Origin: a virus
Lineage: Duplodnaviria > Caudoviricetes
Reading direction: 5' to 3' (one strand)
IMG/VR virus record: IMGVR_UViG_3300025122_000115
Span: 1 to 27,817 of that record
Length of the DNA stretch: 27,817 nucleotides
Position 1 is the first letter of the stretch. Every line of letters begins with the position of its first letter. Both the position numbers and the translations under genes were made by a program. Below, piece by piece: positions 16,489 through 25,999 of this stretch. A model generated the notes under the pieces. It was not told the origin of the DNA. It saw only the letters and a program-made list of their open reading frames with translations, and made no database searches.

Positions 16489-17064
16489 CTACGACGGCAC
16501 TGGACTCGCTGGGCTCATTCCAGTATACCTCGCCCAATCAAAACGAAGCGTGACCGAAATTTCTACCATTTCATCTGAATCATATGAATGAGCGCCAAAA
16601 TTTACTTCTGTGATAAATGGATTTATAAGCTCCCATTCCCCTTGAATACCGGAGAGCATGGCCTTGCTTTCTTTGTCGGGGTCGAGAGATCCAATTTCTC
16701 TAATTTTGACAGCGGAAAGCGCATTGGTGGCAGATGCCTTTGTAATAGTCGTCGCAGTAACAGTCTCCAGGGTGCCTCCGGTCGGATCTGTAATGCCTAT
16801 GTCGAAGAGATAGCCATAAAGCTTGTCTGCTGCACCAGGAGTAATGGCGTCAACCAAAGTCAATGTAACAGTGTTCCATGTTATCCTACCTGGATAATAA
16901 AACGTGTGATTGAAGAACTGGTGTGATTGTTCTCCAATGGTGTAGCTTGGACGATCTATTCCTTTAGCAGAAAAATTAAGTTGCATATCGCCTAAGTCGA
17001 AGTCAACCAAAAATCTAAATTGTCTTTTCGGCTCAAAAGACCTATCTCCCCAAAAACTTCCCAT
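16489..17064 (-). CDS. gp19: tail tube protein (T4 gp19-like)
   Basis: EPKRQFRF, YYPGRITWNTVTLTLVD, WELINPFITEVNFG and ISVTLRFDWA motifs; directly after the sheath gene. Confidence 0.9.
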   Translation of the reverse strand: MGSFWGDRSFEPKRQFRFLVDFDLGDMQLNFSAKGIDRPSYTIGEQSHQFFNHTFYYPGRITWNTVTLTLVDAITPGAADKLYGYLFDIGITDPTGGTLETVTATTITKASATNALSAVKIREIGSLDPDKESKAMLSGIQGEWELINPFITEVNFGAHSYDSDEMVEISVTLRFDWARYTGMSPASPVPS

Positions 17065-17107
17065 TTATCTGTTTCTCCTGTTCATGTAATATATAGTTTC
17101 TTTAGTA

Positions 17108-20100
17108 TTAATCATCGAAAGAAGCTCCTGTATTTGTTATAACAAAGTCGAGTGCGATAAATTCAATTGCGCGAGCGGGCTTTAAGAAGATCTTGGCATA
17201 CAAAACGTTTCTGTCAATTAGTTCAGGAGTTGTTGTGCTGCTATCAAGGACAACCTTGAAATCTGTAAGTCCCAATCTTGACTGGACGCTTCGCAGGAAA
17301 GGATTAGCTTTGTTTAGGAATCTATCCCAAGTTGCTTGCACATTTTGGTCAAACAAAATCGTAGCTGCCATTCTTGAAATTTCTTTCTTAACATAAATCA
17401 TTAAGCGGCGTACATTAATTCTATCAAGTGCCGAAGGGGTTATCTGCAATGTCTTTTGACCAAAGATTACAATACCCTCTGCCGGGAATGTGGCAATTGG
17501 ATTAATATTCGCCTCGTAAAGATCGTCACGATCCTTAGAAGTTAATCTTTGTCGAGTTTGAAGCACTGGCAGTCCTGCGGATCCTTCGGTTAAGCCACCG
17601 CGAGTAAAGCCTGCGGGTGCAAACCAAAGTTCGCTGTTCTTTTGTGCGCTTGAGAACGTTCCCAAGGCGACAATAGAGGGGGGAGCCCAAAGAAGACTGT
17701 TGCTATAGTTATCAAGAATCTGAACCCATGGATAGTATACACATCCATAACTTGAATTAATTTTTCTATTCTTTAGATTCGTGACCGCAGTTGAGACGCT
17801 TCCGATTCGGGAACTAATAGATTGTGTATTTTCTGTGTCTGCCTTATATCCTGAATCAATATCGACAACAGCAAGTGCGTCTCCGCGATTTTCACAAACC
17901 TTAATTGCGTGTGCGGTTAGAGGCTCGTACCAAATGCCAGGAAGTGCCATTAAGTTATATTCTGCAACCTCTGGATCTGCAACCGTATCTATCGCTCTTC
18001 TAACTGAGTAATAGGCATAATTGCTGGTATCTGTGGCATCCGTCATTCCAGAGTTCCTGAATGGCTCTTTCTCTGTAATATCGAGCCCATCGTATCCTCC
18101 GACAACCGGCACCGTAAAACGGTTATAACCATCATCAAGAACCTGCTGATATGTTCCGCTCACTGCTGTGATGGAATGCCCACTTAGCCGGGAGCCTGAA
18201 GCCCATACAGCCACGCCTCCATCTTGACCTGGACCCACTGAAGAGCTTAGATCATCGAGGCTAAAGAGATAGGAGTATTCATTGCCATCAGCCTTGGTAA
18301 ACGTAGATACCGAATAAGGTAGCGGTCTTACTATATCCATATAGCTTTGCTCGAATTCATTATTAGATGCCTGTGTGGTATCAATGCCGAAATAGGCGCT
18401 CTTTGGATTAGAAATACCGCCATCAGATGCGCTCGCCCTCAGAGGAATTGTTGGGTATTTGGTCAAGCAACTGAATGGGTTCTGGACGCCGCATGATATG
18501 AAGTTTGAACCAGAATGTGGGTTGGTGATATTCTTGCCACCTCTGACCCAACTATTGCCAGAACCTGTCACAACCGCTGCGTCGTCAGGACCGAGATTTG
18601 TGTTTTTGGCGCGTGAGGCACTAACAAAGGACCAGTCTGAAAACTTAAGAGGACCATATGAACCAAACGGCAATAACGCAGCATCGGTAACAGCGGTTTC
18701 AACATCTTCATTCATTTCTACACGAACATATATTGATGCATTGGGATAGTCGCCAAAAGTGCGATGTCTTCTTTCAACATCGTCCCATGTAATATATTGA
18801 TTGCCAATAACTCTAGCAATATATTTAGAAGAGTTGGGGTTTAAGTTAACAGAGCTAAATCTTTCGAGAATAACAGGGGCATTATCGCTATCTGTTGCGT
18901 CTCTAATCTCTACACTAAAGGAGCCATAAGGATCATAATCATTAGAAGTAGACTTAATATCTACAATGGAAACTTTGAGGAGCTTACTTTCGCGCTCTCC
19001 TGTGTCTATGGTATGAAATTTAAATAGAGCCTTTATACGATTTGTATCTGTTATATCGTAGCTTGTGTAGCTTGACTGAAGATCCTGTGAAATAATCCAA
19101 GGGGTCTGTCCCGCCTGGAAGCCGTATTTAAAGTTAGATGAGCCAAGAGTACCACTATCGAGCCCCAGGACCGCTGCAAAAGCCTCGCCAGCAGATGTGC
19201 TAGTAACATACGTGGTGAGATGTCGTTCATATGTTTGTCCAAGCCAATAGGTTTTTTGTTGATCCGATCTTGTAATTGTTGTATTGGTTAAAGTCGGATT
19301 CGTGTTGAAAACCTTTCGAATATACTTTGCAGAGGAGGGGCTAAAATTAAAATTAGTTTCATGTACAACAGAGCCACCGGAATTTCTAATAACCGCTCTC
19401 CACTCATTTGCAGTGGCACCAGCCGAGTTGGGCTCAATAGACAAGCCATTGTTGCCTCCACCCGAATCAAGAGATCTTATCAGAACCGCACTTCCTGTTC
19501 CTTGTCGTTGATCGTCCTCCTGCCTGGACATCGAGCCGGATTGGGTGTTCCCGCTTCCCGAAGCATTGTTGCGAAATGTGCCAGAAAGTTCGATACAGCC
19601 TTCGTTTAGATACCAGACTGCTGCTAGAGCGCCTGTAACGCCTGCCGACCTTAATTCAGTAAATGAAGCCGATGTTGGCGCAGAAGCGGAAGGAAAAACA
19701 AACAGTCCATATGCACCACCATTGGCAGAAATTCCTTTAGTGTTTAGAGTGGCATCAGTTTCCCAGCCAGCGCGACCAGCGCCACCGCCTTGTCCTGCGG
19801 ATACTCTTGAATCTTGTGCCCCCAAGAGGCGTACCATTGTTAGAGCATTGCTGTTTCTCAAATAAGCTTGTGCTGCAAACCCAGCGTAAGTGGGAGCAGT
19901 ATAGTTACCCTCTCGCCAAACATCGCCACCTTCGCCGCCAGCCAAGGGGTTTCCAAAAATCTCAACATATTCAGAAAATGACCCAACTTTGACGGGACGC
20001 ATTGCTGGACCTTTTTCTGTTCGTCCGATGAGGACTGGCCCCATGTCCGCAGCAACCCGAGGTAATTGAGAATTGTCGATCTCATTTATAAAAATACCGG

Positions 20101-20131
20101 GTGAAATAAATTTGAAAGATTTAACTGGCAT
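17108..20131 (-). CDS. gp18: contractile tail sheath protein (T4 gp18-like), 1007 aa
   Basis: FISPGIFINEIDNS, KGPAMRP, YYPWV, WFAPAGFTRG, RDDLYEANINPI, GQKTLQ...SALDRINVRRL and KPARAIEFIALDF motifs. Confidence 0.95.
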   Translation of the reverse strand: MPVKSFKFISPGIFINEIDNSQLPRVAADMGPVLIGRTEKGPAMRPVKVGSFSEYVEIFGNPLAGGEGGDVWREGNYTAPTYAGFAAQAYLRNSNALTMVRLLGAQDSRVSAGQGGGAGRAGWETDATLNTKGISANGGAYGLFVFPSASAPTSASFTELRSAGVTGALAAVWYLNEGCIELSGTFRNNASGSGNTQSGSMSRQEDDQRQGTGSAVLIRSLDSGGGNNGLSIEPNSAGATANEWRAVIRNSGGSVVHETNFNFSPSSAKYIRKVFNTNPTLTNTTITRSDQQKTYWLGQTYERHLTTYVTSTSAGEAFAAVLGLDSGTLGSSNFKYGFQAGQTPWIISQDLQSSYTSYDITDTNRIKALFKFHTIDTGERESKLLKVSIVDIKSTSNDYDPYGSFSVEIRDATDSDNAPVILERFSSVNLNPNSSKYIARVIGNQYITWDDVERRHRTFGDYPNASIYVRVEMNEDVETAVTDAALLPFGSYGPLKFSDWSFVSASRAKNTNLGPDDAAVVTGSGNSWVRGGKNITNPHSGSNFISCGVQNPFSCLTKYPTIPLRASASDGGISNPKSAYFGIDTTQASNNEFEQSYMDIVRPLPYSVSTFTKADGNEYSYLFSLDDLSSSVGPGQDGGVAVWASGSRLSGHSITAVSGTYQQVLDDGYNRFTVPVVGGYDGLDITEKEPFRNSGMTDATDTSNYAYYSVRRAIDTVADPEVAEYNLMALPGIWYEPLTAHAIKVCENRGDALAVVDIDSGYKADTENTQSISSRIGSVSTAVTNLKNRKINSSYGCVYYPWVQILDNYSNSLLWAPPSIVALGTFSSAQKNSELWFAPAGFTRGGLTEGSAGLPVLQTRQRLTSKDRDDLYEANINPIATFPAEGIVIFGQKTLQITPSALDRINVRRLMIYVKKEISRMAATILFDQNVQATWDRFLNKANPFLRSVQSRLGLTDFKVVLDSSTTTPELIDRNVLYAKIFLKPARAIEFIALDFVITNTGASFDD

Positions 20132-20200
20132 TACGAAGTGTCTCCTTACAGCGCTTCAACATAAATTATTAAGAATAGTATATATTCGTATTATCGTAAG

Positions 20201-20208
20201 TAAATAGT
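20201..20208 (-). promoter_or_regulatory. ACTATTTA candidate late promoter upstream of the sheath gene
   Basis: The identical octamer occurs at 22973 and 25874; variants at 17090, 15258 and 10672. All are intergenic and upstream of structural genes. Confidence 0.55.
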
Positions 20209-20243
20209 TAAATAAATGGTGAAAGACCCAAATAACTCAAAAA

Positions 20244-21155
20244 CTAATCTTTGTAAAATGGAACATTTCCACTAATATGTACATTCTCTGGGATGTCACC
20301 AAAAATTACAGATTCCCTGCCCATCTTAACTTCGACGGCATTTTCTCTTCTAACAATTTTGGGACGTTCATCGTTTTTGTCGCCCCCTATTATATACCCA
20401 ATTACGTTAAATGTAATTTCTGTTTGGTATCCCCTTGCATCCTCCATTAGTGAGGCGGCATTGTTCGTTAAGGTATAATCAGGTTCAACAAAAACCTCAA
20501 ACGTATGACCATCCTGACTAATATTAAAATAGTTTATTCCACCGGGTCTAGTTATAAATGATGTGATAATCTCATTTACTTGTTGTTGGTATTCTGTTTG
20601 AAGTAGCAGCTTATAATTTATTTCCAAGTAAATGGGAACTGGCATCGTGATAGTTTCATAGACTATCTTTGTATTCGGTTTAGGAAAATTACTTTGCTGT
20701 GTTGATACTGGCTCAGATCGGCTCAGCAATATTCTCTTGGCATCGGCATTCGCAAAATTAGCAGTTTTATCTTGCTTAATCACTCTTGCGACAGTCATAC
20801 GACCACCCTTGTTATCCGATCTGTTTGGTGGCAAAGATGCATAAAATGCCCCTCTTTTAGTTACATCTTTAGCAATAGAAATTCGCTCAAGAGATATCAG
20901 GGGATAGATTAGAAATCCATTTACATCTCGTAGATCTTTATTGTGCTTAATCTGATACGCTCTTTCCGCACCTGTCCAAATAAATGGCACCTTTTTCCAG
21001 CCCTTGTTGGTACTACAAAAAGGATTAATATTTTCATCAATATGTTTAAAAAGGGCACGATCAATAGTCTCTATAGTAGAGGGCATAAAAGAAATTTCTT
21101 GCAAAGGTGCAAGCTCAGTTCTTCTTGGGTTCTTTCTTGGGTCATCAAGTGGCAT
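20244..21155 (-). CDS. tail terminator / sheath stabiliser (T4 gp15-like)
   Basis: KVPFIWTGAERA, YPLISLER and PVPIYLEINY..L.TEYQQQVNEI motifs; between neck and sheath genes. Start placed at MPLDDP (21155) behind GAGGG, rather than at 21182. Confidence 0.7.
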   Translation of the reverse strand: MPLDDPRKNPRRTELAPLQEISFMPSTIETIDRALFKHIDENINPFCSTNKGWKKVPFIWTGAERAYQIKHNKDLRDVNGFLIYPLISLERISIAKDVTKRGAFYASLPPNRSDNKGGRMTVARVIKQDKTANFANADAKRILLSRSEPVSTQQSNFPKPNTKIVYETITMPVPIYLEINYKLLLQTEYQQQVNEIITSFITRPGGINYFNISQDGHTFEVFVEPDYTLTNNAASLMEDARGYQTEITFNVIGYIIGGDKNDERPKIVRRENAVEVKMGRESVIFGDIPENVHISGNVPFYKD

Positions 21156-21636
21156 CGAATAGTCCCTCTCGCGAATATGCACAAGTGGCTATGACTTCAA
21201 ACTTGTGATCAATTTGTCCAAATAATTGTCTTGCCCATGCAACAGTTGTGATCTCGTAAAAATAATCGCCATACAATACAAAATCACCCTCTCTAACATA
21301 TAGATCTTGATCGTCAGTTAGTCTTCTTTTGTGGAAATAAATTGTAATCGTATTAGCCTTATCAACTCCAACGTGTTCATCGGCTTTTGTTTCCGTACTT
21401 TGGTAATCAACAAGCGCATATACTCTTACCGGTGGGAGAAATGATTTTTCTATAGCTTCGCCATATAGATCGTTATAGTTTGTGGTGGTCTGATCTATTG
21501 GATAATATACGACCTGTTGTCCAATAACTCGCTCAATAAGCTCGTCGTTTACTTGTTTTACTAAGTTTCTTTCTTTTTTTCCAAAAAATAATGGAGGAGG
21601 AGGATTCTTAGGCTGTGACCATTTATTGTTTGCCAT
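21145..21636 (-). CDS. neck / head-closure protein (T4 gp14-like)
   Basis: ELIERVIGQQVVYYPI, DLYGEAIEKSF and VREGDFV motifs; follows the gp13-like gene. Confidence 0.78.
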   Translation of the reverse strand: MANNKWSQPKNPPPPLFFGKKERNLVKQVNDELIERVIGQQVVYYPIDQTTTNYNDLYGEAIEKSFLPPVRVYALVDYQSTETKADEHVGVDKANTITIYFHKRRLTDDQDLYVREGDFVLYGDYFYEITTVAWARQLFGQIDHKFEVIATCAYSREGLFDAT

Positions 21637-21646
21637 CTATCTCCTT

Positions 21647-22951
21647 CTATCCAATGAAAATGCCTGCTGGGATAATCTGATTGACTCGACTAGTAGACTC
21701 AACAATGGTCGCGTCAGATTCAACTAGAGATTGATAAGTAAGCTCATCAAGTACTTCTCTTAGCTCCGTTCTTAATTTATCTTGATCTTCTCGGGCTTCA
21801 GTGATTAGTGCTGGACCATTTAGTGTCACCGACTCTCCTGGTATGGGGACAGTGGCAAATTTGGAGCGAACTTGTCCCAATGTCTCTTTTGAAAGAGCGA
21901 GTGTAAATCTTCTAATCCATTGTTTACCAATTGAATTAATATTTTCATATGGAATATTGGCAAATGGCAGCGTATTCATATTGTTAACGCCCTCAGTTCC
22001 AATTGTTCTATCATAGGTTTGTGACCATGCATCGTCCTCAACTCTAAAATTAACCCAATAATAAGCTGGGGCTTCAAGAACAGATTGTGGAAATATTCTT
22101 AAATTATTATTTTTAATTTCATAGGAATAGTGTGAGTTTCTTGTGTATATGGCATCTTCAAACTGCATTGCTTGTGCTTTGTTTTGCCAAACTGGTATTA
22201 TTTGAAATGTTGAATCGTCTGCATATTGCCCATAGTTTGCCAAATTGCCAACAGTATTCAAGCCGCCATAATAGCCAAAAAAACGCCACATAGCTGATGG
22301 TGTTTTATAATATACTTTATCAATAATAACTTTTTTATTTCCGATATTTGCATATGGTACTGGATTTCCCGTTGCAACGTCTTTATTGGCTGCTGAAGCG
22401 CTAGCAATTATTTGTTGTAAATCATAATCTTGCCGACTAGCAGTTGCAGCAAAAGAAGCAGAATAAATTGTAGTTGAGCCACCGACGCCAGCGTGGACTG
22501 AGACGGCATCCGAAACTCGCTCTGAATATTGAAGAGTAAACTTTGGATATTTTAGGGAAATCTGATCGCCCTTGAGACTTGAGGAAAGCGCCCCTGATTT
22601 GAATTCTCCGTCATGGTTAAATGTTCCGGTTGAATTTCCTAAAAGATTTGATAATACATTTTTTGATTGATGCAAATTAACAATATAAGAATATTCTAAA
22701 CATGCTTCTTCATATGCTGCATAAACACTTCCCGTAGTGAGTTCAATATCAAGAATATCGCCGCCTAACTTTTGATATGTATAAGCTATCTGATCGACTG
22801 CACCAGAAACAAAATCGGCAGACGCTGTATATACACCGATTGGGCAATGCGTGGCCACCATGGAAGTAGCTGGATTGTTCCCTGTTGAGCCCGATGCCGG
22901 GAGCACAACTGCGCTAAAAGAGCTAGCTGGTGAAAGTTTTGGGATCGCCAT
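21647..22951 (-). CDS. neck / head-tail adaptor protein (T4 gp13-like)
   Basis: KLGGDILDIELT and WIRRFTLALSKETLGQVRSKF..PIPG..VTLNG motifs; C-terminal IFIG; GAGGAGG SD. Confidence 0.8.
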   Translation of the reverse strand: MAIPKLSPASSFSAVVLPASGSTGNNPATSMVATHCPIGVYTASADFVSGAVDQIAYTYQKLGGDILDIELTTGSVYAAYEEACLEYSYIVNLHQSKNVLSNLLGNSTGTFNHDGEFKSGALSSSLKGDQISLKYPKFTLQYSERVSDAVSVHAGVGGSTTIYSASFAATASRQDYDLQQIIASASAANKDVATGNPVPYANIGNKKVIIDKVYYKTPSAMWRFFGYYGGLNTVGNLANYGQYADDSTFQIIPVWQNKAQAMQFEDAIYTRNSHYSYEIKNNNLRIFPQSVLEAPAYYWVNFRVEDDAWSQTYDRTIGTEGVNNMNTLPFANIPYENINSIGKQWIRRFTLALSKETLGQVRSKFATVPIPGESVTLNGPALITEAREDQDKLRTELREVLDELTYQSLVESDATIVESTSRVNQIIPAGIFIG

Positions 22952-22972
22952 TATATATAAGCCTCCTCAACT

Positions 22973-22980
22973 TAAATAGT
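22973..22980 (-). promoter_or_regulatory. ACTATTTA candidate late promoter upstream of the neck gene
   Basis: Repeated octamer located just downstream of the capsid-gene terminator. Confidence 0.55.
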
Positions 22981-22988
22981 TGAACGAT

Positions 22989-23031
22989 AAAAGAAAACCC
23001 TCGCCATTTACATGACGAGGGAATTCTTTTT
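22989..23031 (-). terminator. Rho-independent terminator after the major capsid gene (possibly bidirectional)
   Basis: CCCTCG...CGAGGG stem flanked by A-rich and T-rich tracts on both sides. Confidence 0.75.
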
Positions 23032-23054
23032 GCGCTATTGTTTATTTTGTTCTA

Positions 23055-24854
23055 TTAAACGAGGTCAACAACAACAACTAGTCCATACATATCAGGACGA
23101 ACCATCTTCTTACCGTAGCGCGTCATGACTCCCTTGCGGGGCACGAAGTCTTCGGTTCCGAAGATAGTAGGCGTGACTTGTAGTGGAACATATGGAGCAT
23201 ATACATAGCCGCTTTCTAAGAAAGAACCGCCCTTGCGTCCGACGAGAACGACGTTACGCGGGAAGTAGGGGTCTACATAGACATCCCATTTCTTGGAAAG
23301 TGCGCCAGTTTTAACAGCACCAACAGTTCCTCTGTCTGCATCACCAGTGACCTGAGCACGGAATCCGGCAGTGAACTCAAGAACATTAGCAACTTCTGGT
23401 CCAACGACGATGAAGTTAGCTCCTCCTCTTAAGGTCTTGCGATGGATCTGTGCAGAGACATCATTGATTGTCTCAACAAGAGTCTCATACCACTCAGAAA
23501 CAGTACCAGTAAAGTCTGGAGTTGCTGTGGTAGCACCTTGCTCCTGACCTGTGAGCCTGTTTACAAAGCGACCAGCCGCACGCGACCAGTAGTATGTACC
23601 AGCGGTTGCGCCTTGGACGAGATCATTAAGAATCTCACGGTCAATCTCTAGAGCAATTTGCTCAGAGAGAATTGAAGTAAGTTCAACCTCTGCATCCAAG
23701 TTGTGGTAGGCGTTAAGATCTTGTCCCAACTCCGGTGTCCACTTAGCCTTGAGCTTCTTGGTGATCGCGGTAATACTCACAGAGTCAACCTTGATGTCAA
23801 TCTCGGGAATGACACCAGAGGTCGAACCAACGGCTGCTGCTGCTTGTTCAGCACCCCAAAGCTGCCTACCGATAACAGAGCCAACAACACCACCTGCACC
23901 GAAGTCATCAGTCGCTGCAAAGCGGTAGTCTAGCGTATCACTGACGACGGCATGTGAAGCGGACAATTCTGCAATTGTTCGAGTATCAGACGCGGCGAAA
24001 AGCAAAAGGTGAGTTTTTGCGTCACCGGGCTTCCACACGCCCTTGTTGGCACCAGATCCTGAGTACTGGGTCAAGCGACGAACATGTTCACCGGGTCGGT
24101 ATGATGCTGAAACACTGATGAAATCATCGGTATTTAACTGATCAAGACTCGATACGGCGACCCTCTGAATAAGCACGTTGGTTGTTCCAGAAGTGAAGTC
24201 TGGGTCGTACCGGCAAAGCCTATCGAAGAGTCCGCCCTCCATTGCTACGCCTGCAAGTGAGGTACCATTGTCTGGAGCCCAGGCGCGACCTTCGCCCACC
24301 TTGGATCCACCGCCACCGAACGTTCCAGAAGCAACATTTTGGATTGCAATGCCCAATGCTGAGCCTGTTGGTGAAGAATAACCTTGATTCAAGTTATAAA
24401 AGCTATCTTCAGCCGAATCACCGGTCAGTGAAACACCACCAGTAATTTCTGCACCAACCTTGCCGCCACCATACAAAGATTCACCAGATTCGTATCCTAG
24501 ACGAGTACCAGTATCACTAGATACGGTGAAGTCAAGGAAGAAAATGAGTCCAGTTGGTAAGCTCATTGGTTGTACGCTAACGAGATCGTTAGCGACTAGC
24601 CCACCGAATACACGGCGGACAATTGGAAATGCGACGGCAGCAAAGCCTTCAACATCACCAGTAGCCATAGCAGAAGTTTCACGAAGAAGCTCCTTGGCTT
24701 GGTTTTCAAGAAGACGAGCCATGCTGTTCTTCTTGCGGTCATTATCAATACCCTCTAAAAGTCCGGTGCGTTCCCACTTGTTTAAGAGTGCAGCACCTTC
24801 CTTTGAAAGATTTCTATCGACAATGCCTTCAGTTAGTTTGTTTAAAACGGACAT
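23055..24854 (-). CDS. gp23: major capsid protein (T4 gp23-like), 599 aa
   Basis: LLENQ, PIVRRVF, VSVQPMSLPTGLIF, KLKAKWTPELGQDLNAYHNLDAEVEL, EIDREI, YAPYVPL and PRKGVMTRYG motifs; GGAGG SD. Confidence 0.96.
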   Translation of the reverse strand: MSVLNKLTEGIVDRNLSKEGAALLNKWERTGLLEGIDNDRKKNSMARLLENQAKELLRETSAMATGDVEGFAAVAFPIVRRVFGGLVANDLVSVQPMSLPTGLIFFLDFTVSSDTGTRLGYESGESLYGGGKVGAEITGGVSLTGDSAEDSFYNLNQGYSSPTGSALGIAIQNVASGTFGGGGSKVGEGRAWAPDNGTSLAGVAMEGGLFDRLCRYDPDFTSGTTNVLIQRVAVSSLDQLNTDDFISVSASYRPGEHVRRLTQYSGSGANKGVWKPGDAKTHLLLFAASDTRTIAELSASHAVVSDTLDYRFAATDDFGAGGVVGSVIGRQLWGAEQAAAAVGSTSGVIPEIDIKVDSVSITAITKKLKAKWTPELGQDLNAYHNLDAEVELTSILSEQIALEIDREILNDLVQGATAGTYYWSRAAGRFVNRLTGQEQGATTATPDFTGTVSEWYETLVETINDVSAQIHRKTLRGGANFIVVGPEVANVLEFTAGFRAQVTGDADRGTVGAVKTGALSKKWDVYVDPYFPRNVVLVGRKGGSFLESGYVYAPYVPLQVTPTIFGTEDFVPRKGVMTRYGKKMVRPDMYGLVVVVDLV

Positions 24855-25840
24855 TATTTATTACCTCCTTTAATGCCTGCTAATGCCTTCATCCGATCAA
24901 AATGCGGATTTTGGGCACGAACTTCCCTTCTTCGGGGAAGTGTTGGCGACGGTCTTTCCACTGCTTCACGAAGTGATTGTGGAGATTTGCTGTTTCTAGC
25001 ATCTCCCACTGCGTTTTGAAGAGTTTCATAAATAACCTTCGCTTCTTCAACTGAATCGGCATTTGAAATAGACTCGACAATTCTTTTCTTTTGTCGCTCA
25101 TTCAAGGAGGTGCTATTTAAAACACGATTAGTATAAAGTAAACGAGCGTTGGAAAGATTAACTTCTTCCAATCGCCCCTTAAGATGTAAAACTGTTTTGT
25201 GGAGATTTGACTTCGCTTTGCGAAGAACGTTCAATTGCTCCGTATGTGTATTAAGCTCTTTTCTGGCTTTTTCGAGTGCCTCATGCTCTTCGGCAAGTTC
25301 ATCGTCTTTTAGGGATGCAAGCTGTGCTTTTTGTCCCTCAAGGTTTCTTGCTGTGGGTGTTGCTCGTCCGCCTGGACCTTGATCGGGAGCGCCGACATCT
25401 ACCTTCAACTCTTCAGCTAGGGCATCAAGTATGGCTTGATCAAGTTCGATTTCTTCGTCAATCTCCTCTTGACCGGTCCCTTCCTCGATCTCTTCTTCAA
25501 GATCTTCTGCAAGTTCTTCGTGAGTTTCTTCAGCAACCGTGGAGCCTTCTTCATCCAGAGCACGCTCTAAAGCTTCAAGATCTAAACGTACCATAATTGG
25601 TTCGTCTCCTTCTTCAACGGCATAGGGAACGTCTTTTGAAACAGGACTTTCCTCTTGAGGTTCTTGTCCAAATTCATCTTCGAGCCCTCCCATAAAGTCA
25701 TCTTCCTGTTCTAAAAGGGACTCAACTGCCACCTTGACTTCGGATGAATATTTTTCAACAATTGCCGCTTCGGCATTTCTAATTGCTGCTTCTTTTAGTG
25801 CTTCAGCATCAACTATGGCTTGTTCAAGCAATGTAGACAT
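24854..25840 (-). CDS. prohead scaffolding/core protein (T4 gp22-like)
   Basis: Highly acidic coiled coil; LEEVNLSNARLLYTN and RMKALAGI motifs; TAATG overlap with the capsid gene. Confidence 0.8.
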   Translation of the reverse strand: MSTLLEQAIVDAEALKEAAIRNAEAAIVEKYSSEVKVAVESLLEQEDDFMGGLEDEFGQEPQEESPVSKDVPYAVEEGDEPIMVRLDLEALERALDEEGSTVAEETHEELAEDLEEEIEEGTGQEEIDEEIELDQAILDALAEELKVDVGAPDQGPGGRATPTARNLEGQKAQLASLKDDELAEEHEALEKARKELNTHTEQLNVLRKAKSNLHKTVLHLKGRLEEVNLSNARLLYTNRVLNSTSLNERQKKRIVESISNADSVEEAKVIYETLQNAVGDARNSKSPQSLREAVERPSPTLPRRREVRAQNPHFDRMKALAGIKGGNK

Positions 25841-25873
25841 ATATACACTCCATTAAAGATATTTAGTCACAAA

Positions 25874-25881
25874 TAAATAGT
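25874..25881 (-). promoter_or_regulatory. ACTATTTA candidate late promoter upstream of the scaffold/capsid operon
   Basis: Repeated octamer in the intergenic gap, about 33 nt before the ATG. Confidence 0.55.
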
Positions 25882-25999
25882 GTCTCAAAACTGTAAATGC
25901 CCGATTTTATCTTTATTCGCTGCATCGTCTTATCTGTAGAGTCCTGATCCTATAATATCGCACGTAATGCAATTTAAGGCTTCAGTGCCGATGTTATCA

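Noticed and set aside
7134-20131. Bacterial contractile injection system (eCIS/tailocin/T6SS)
   Set aside because: Adjacent capsid, scaffold, neck and replication genes indicate a real phage.
21156-21182. Listed start of the gp15-like ORF at 21182
   Set aside because: The ATG at 21155 has an SD-like GAGGG and a shorter overlap with the upstream gene.
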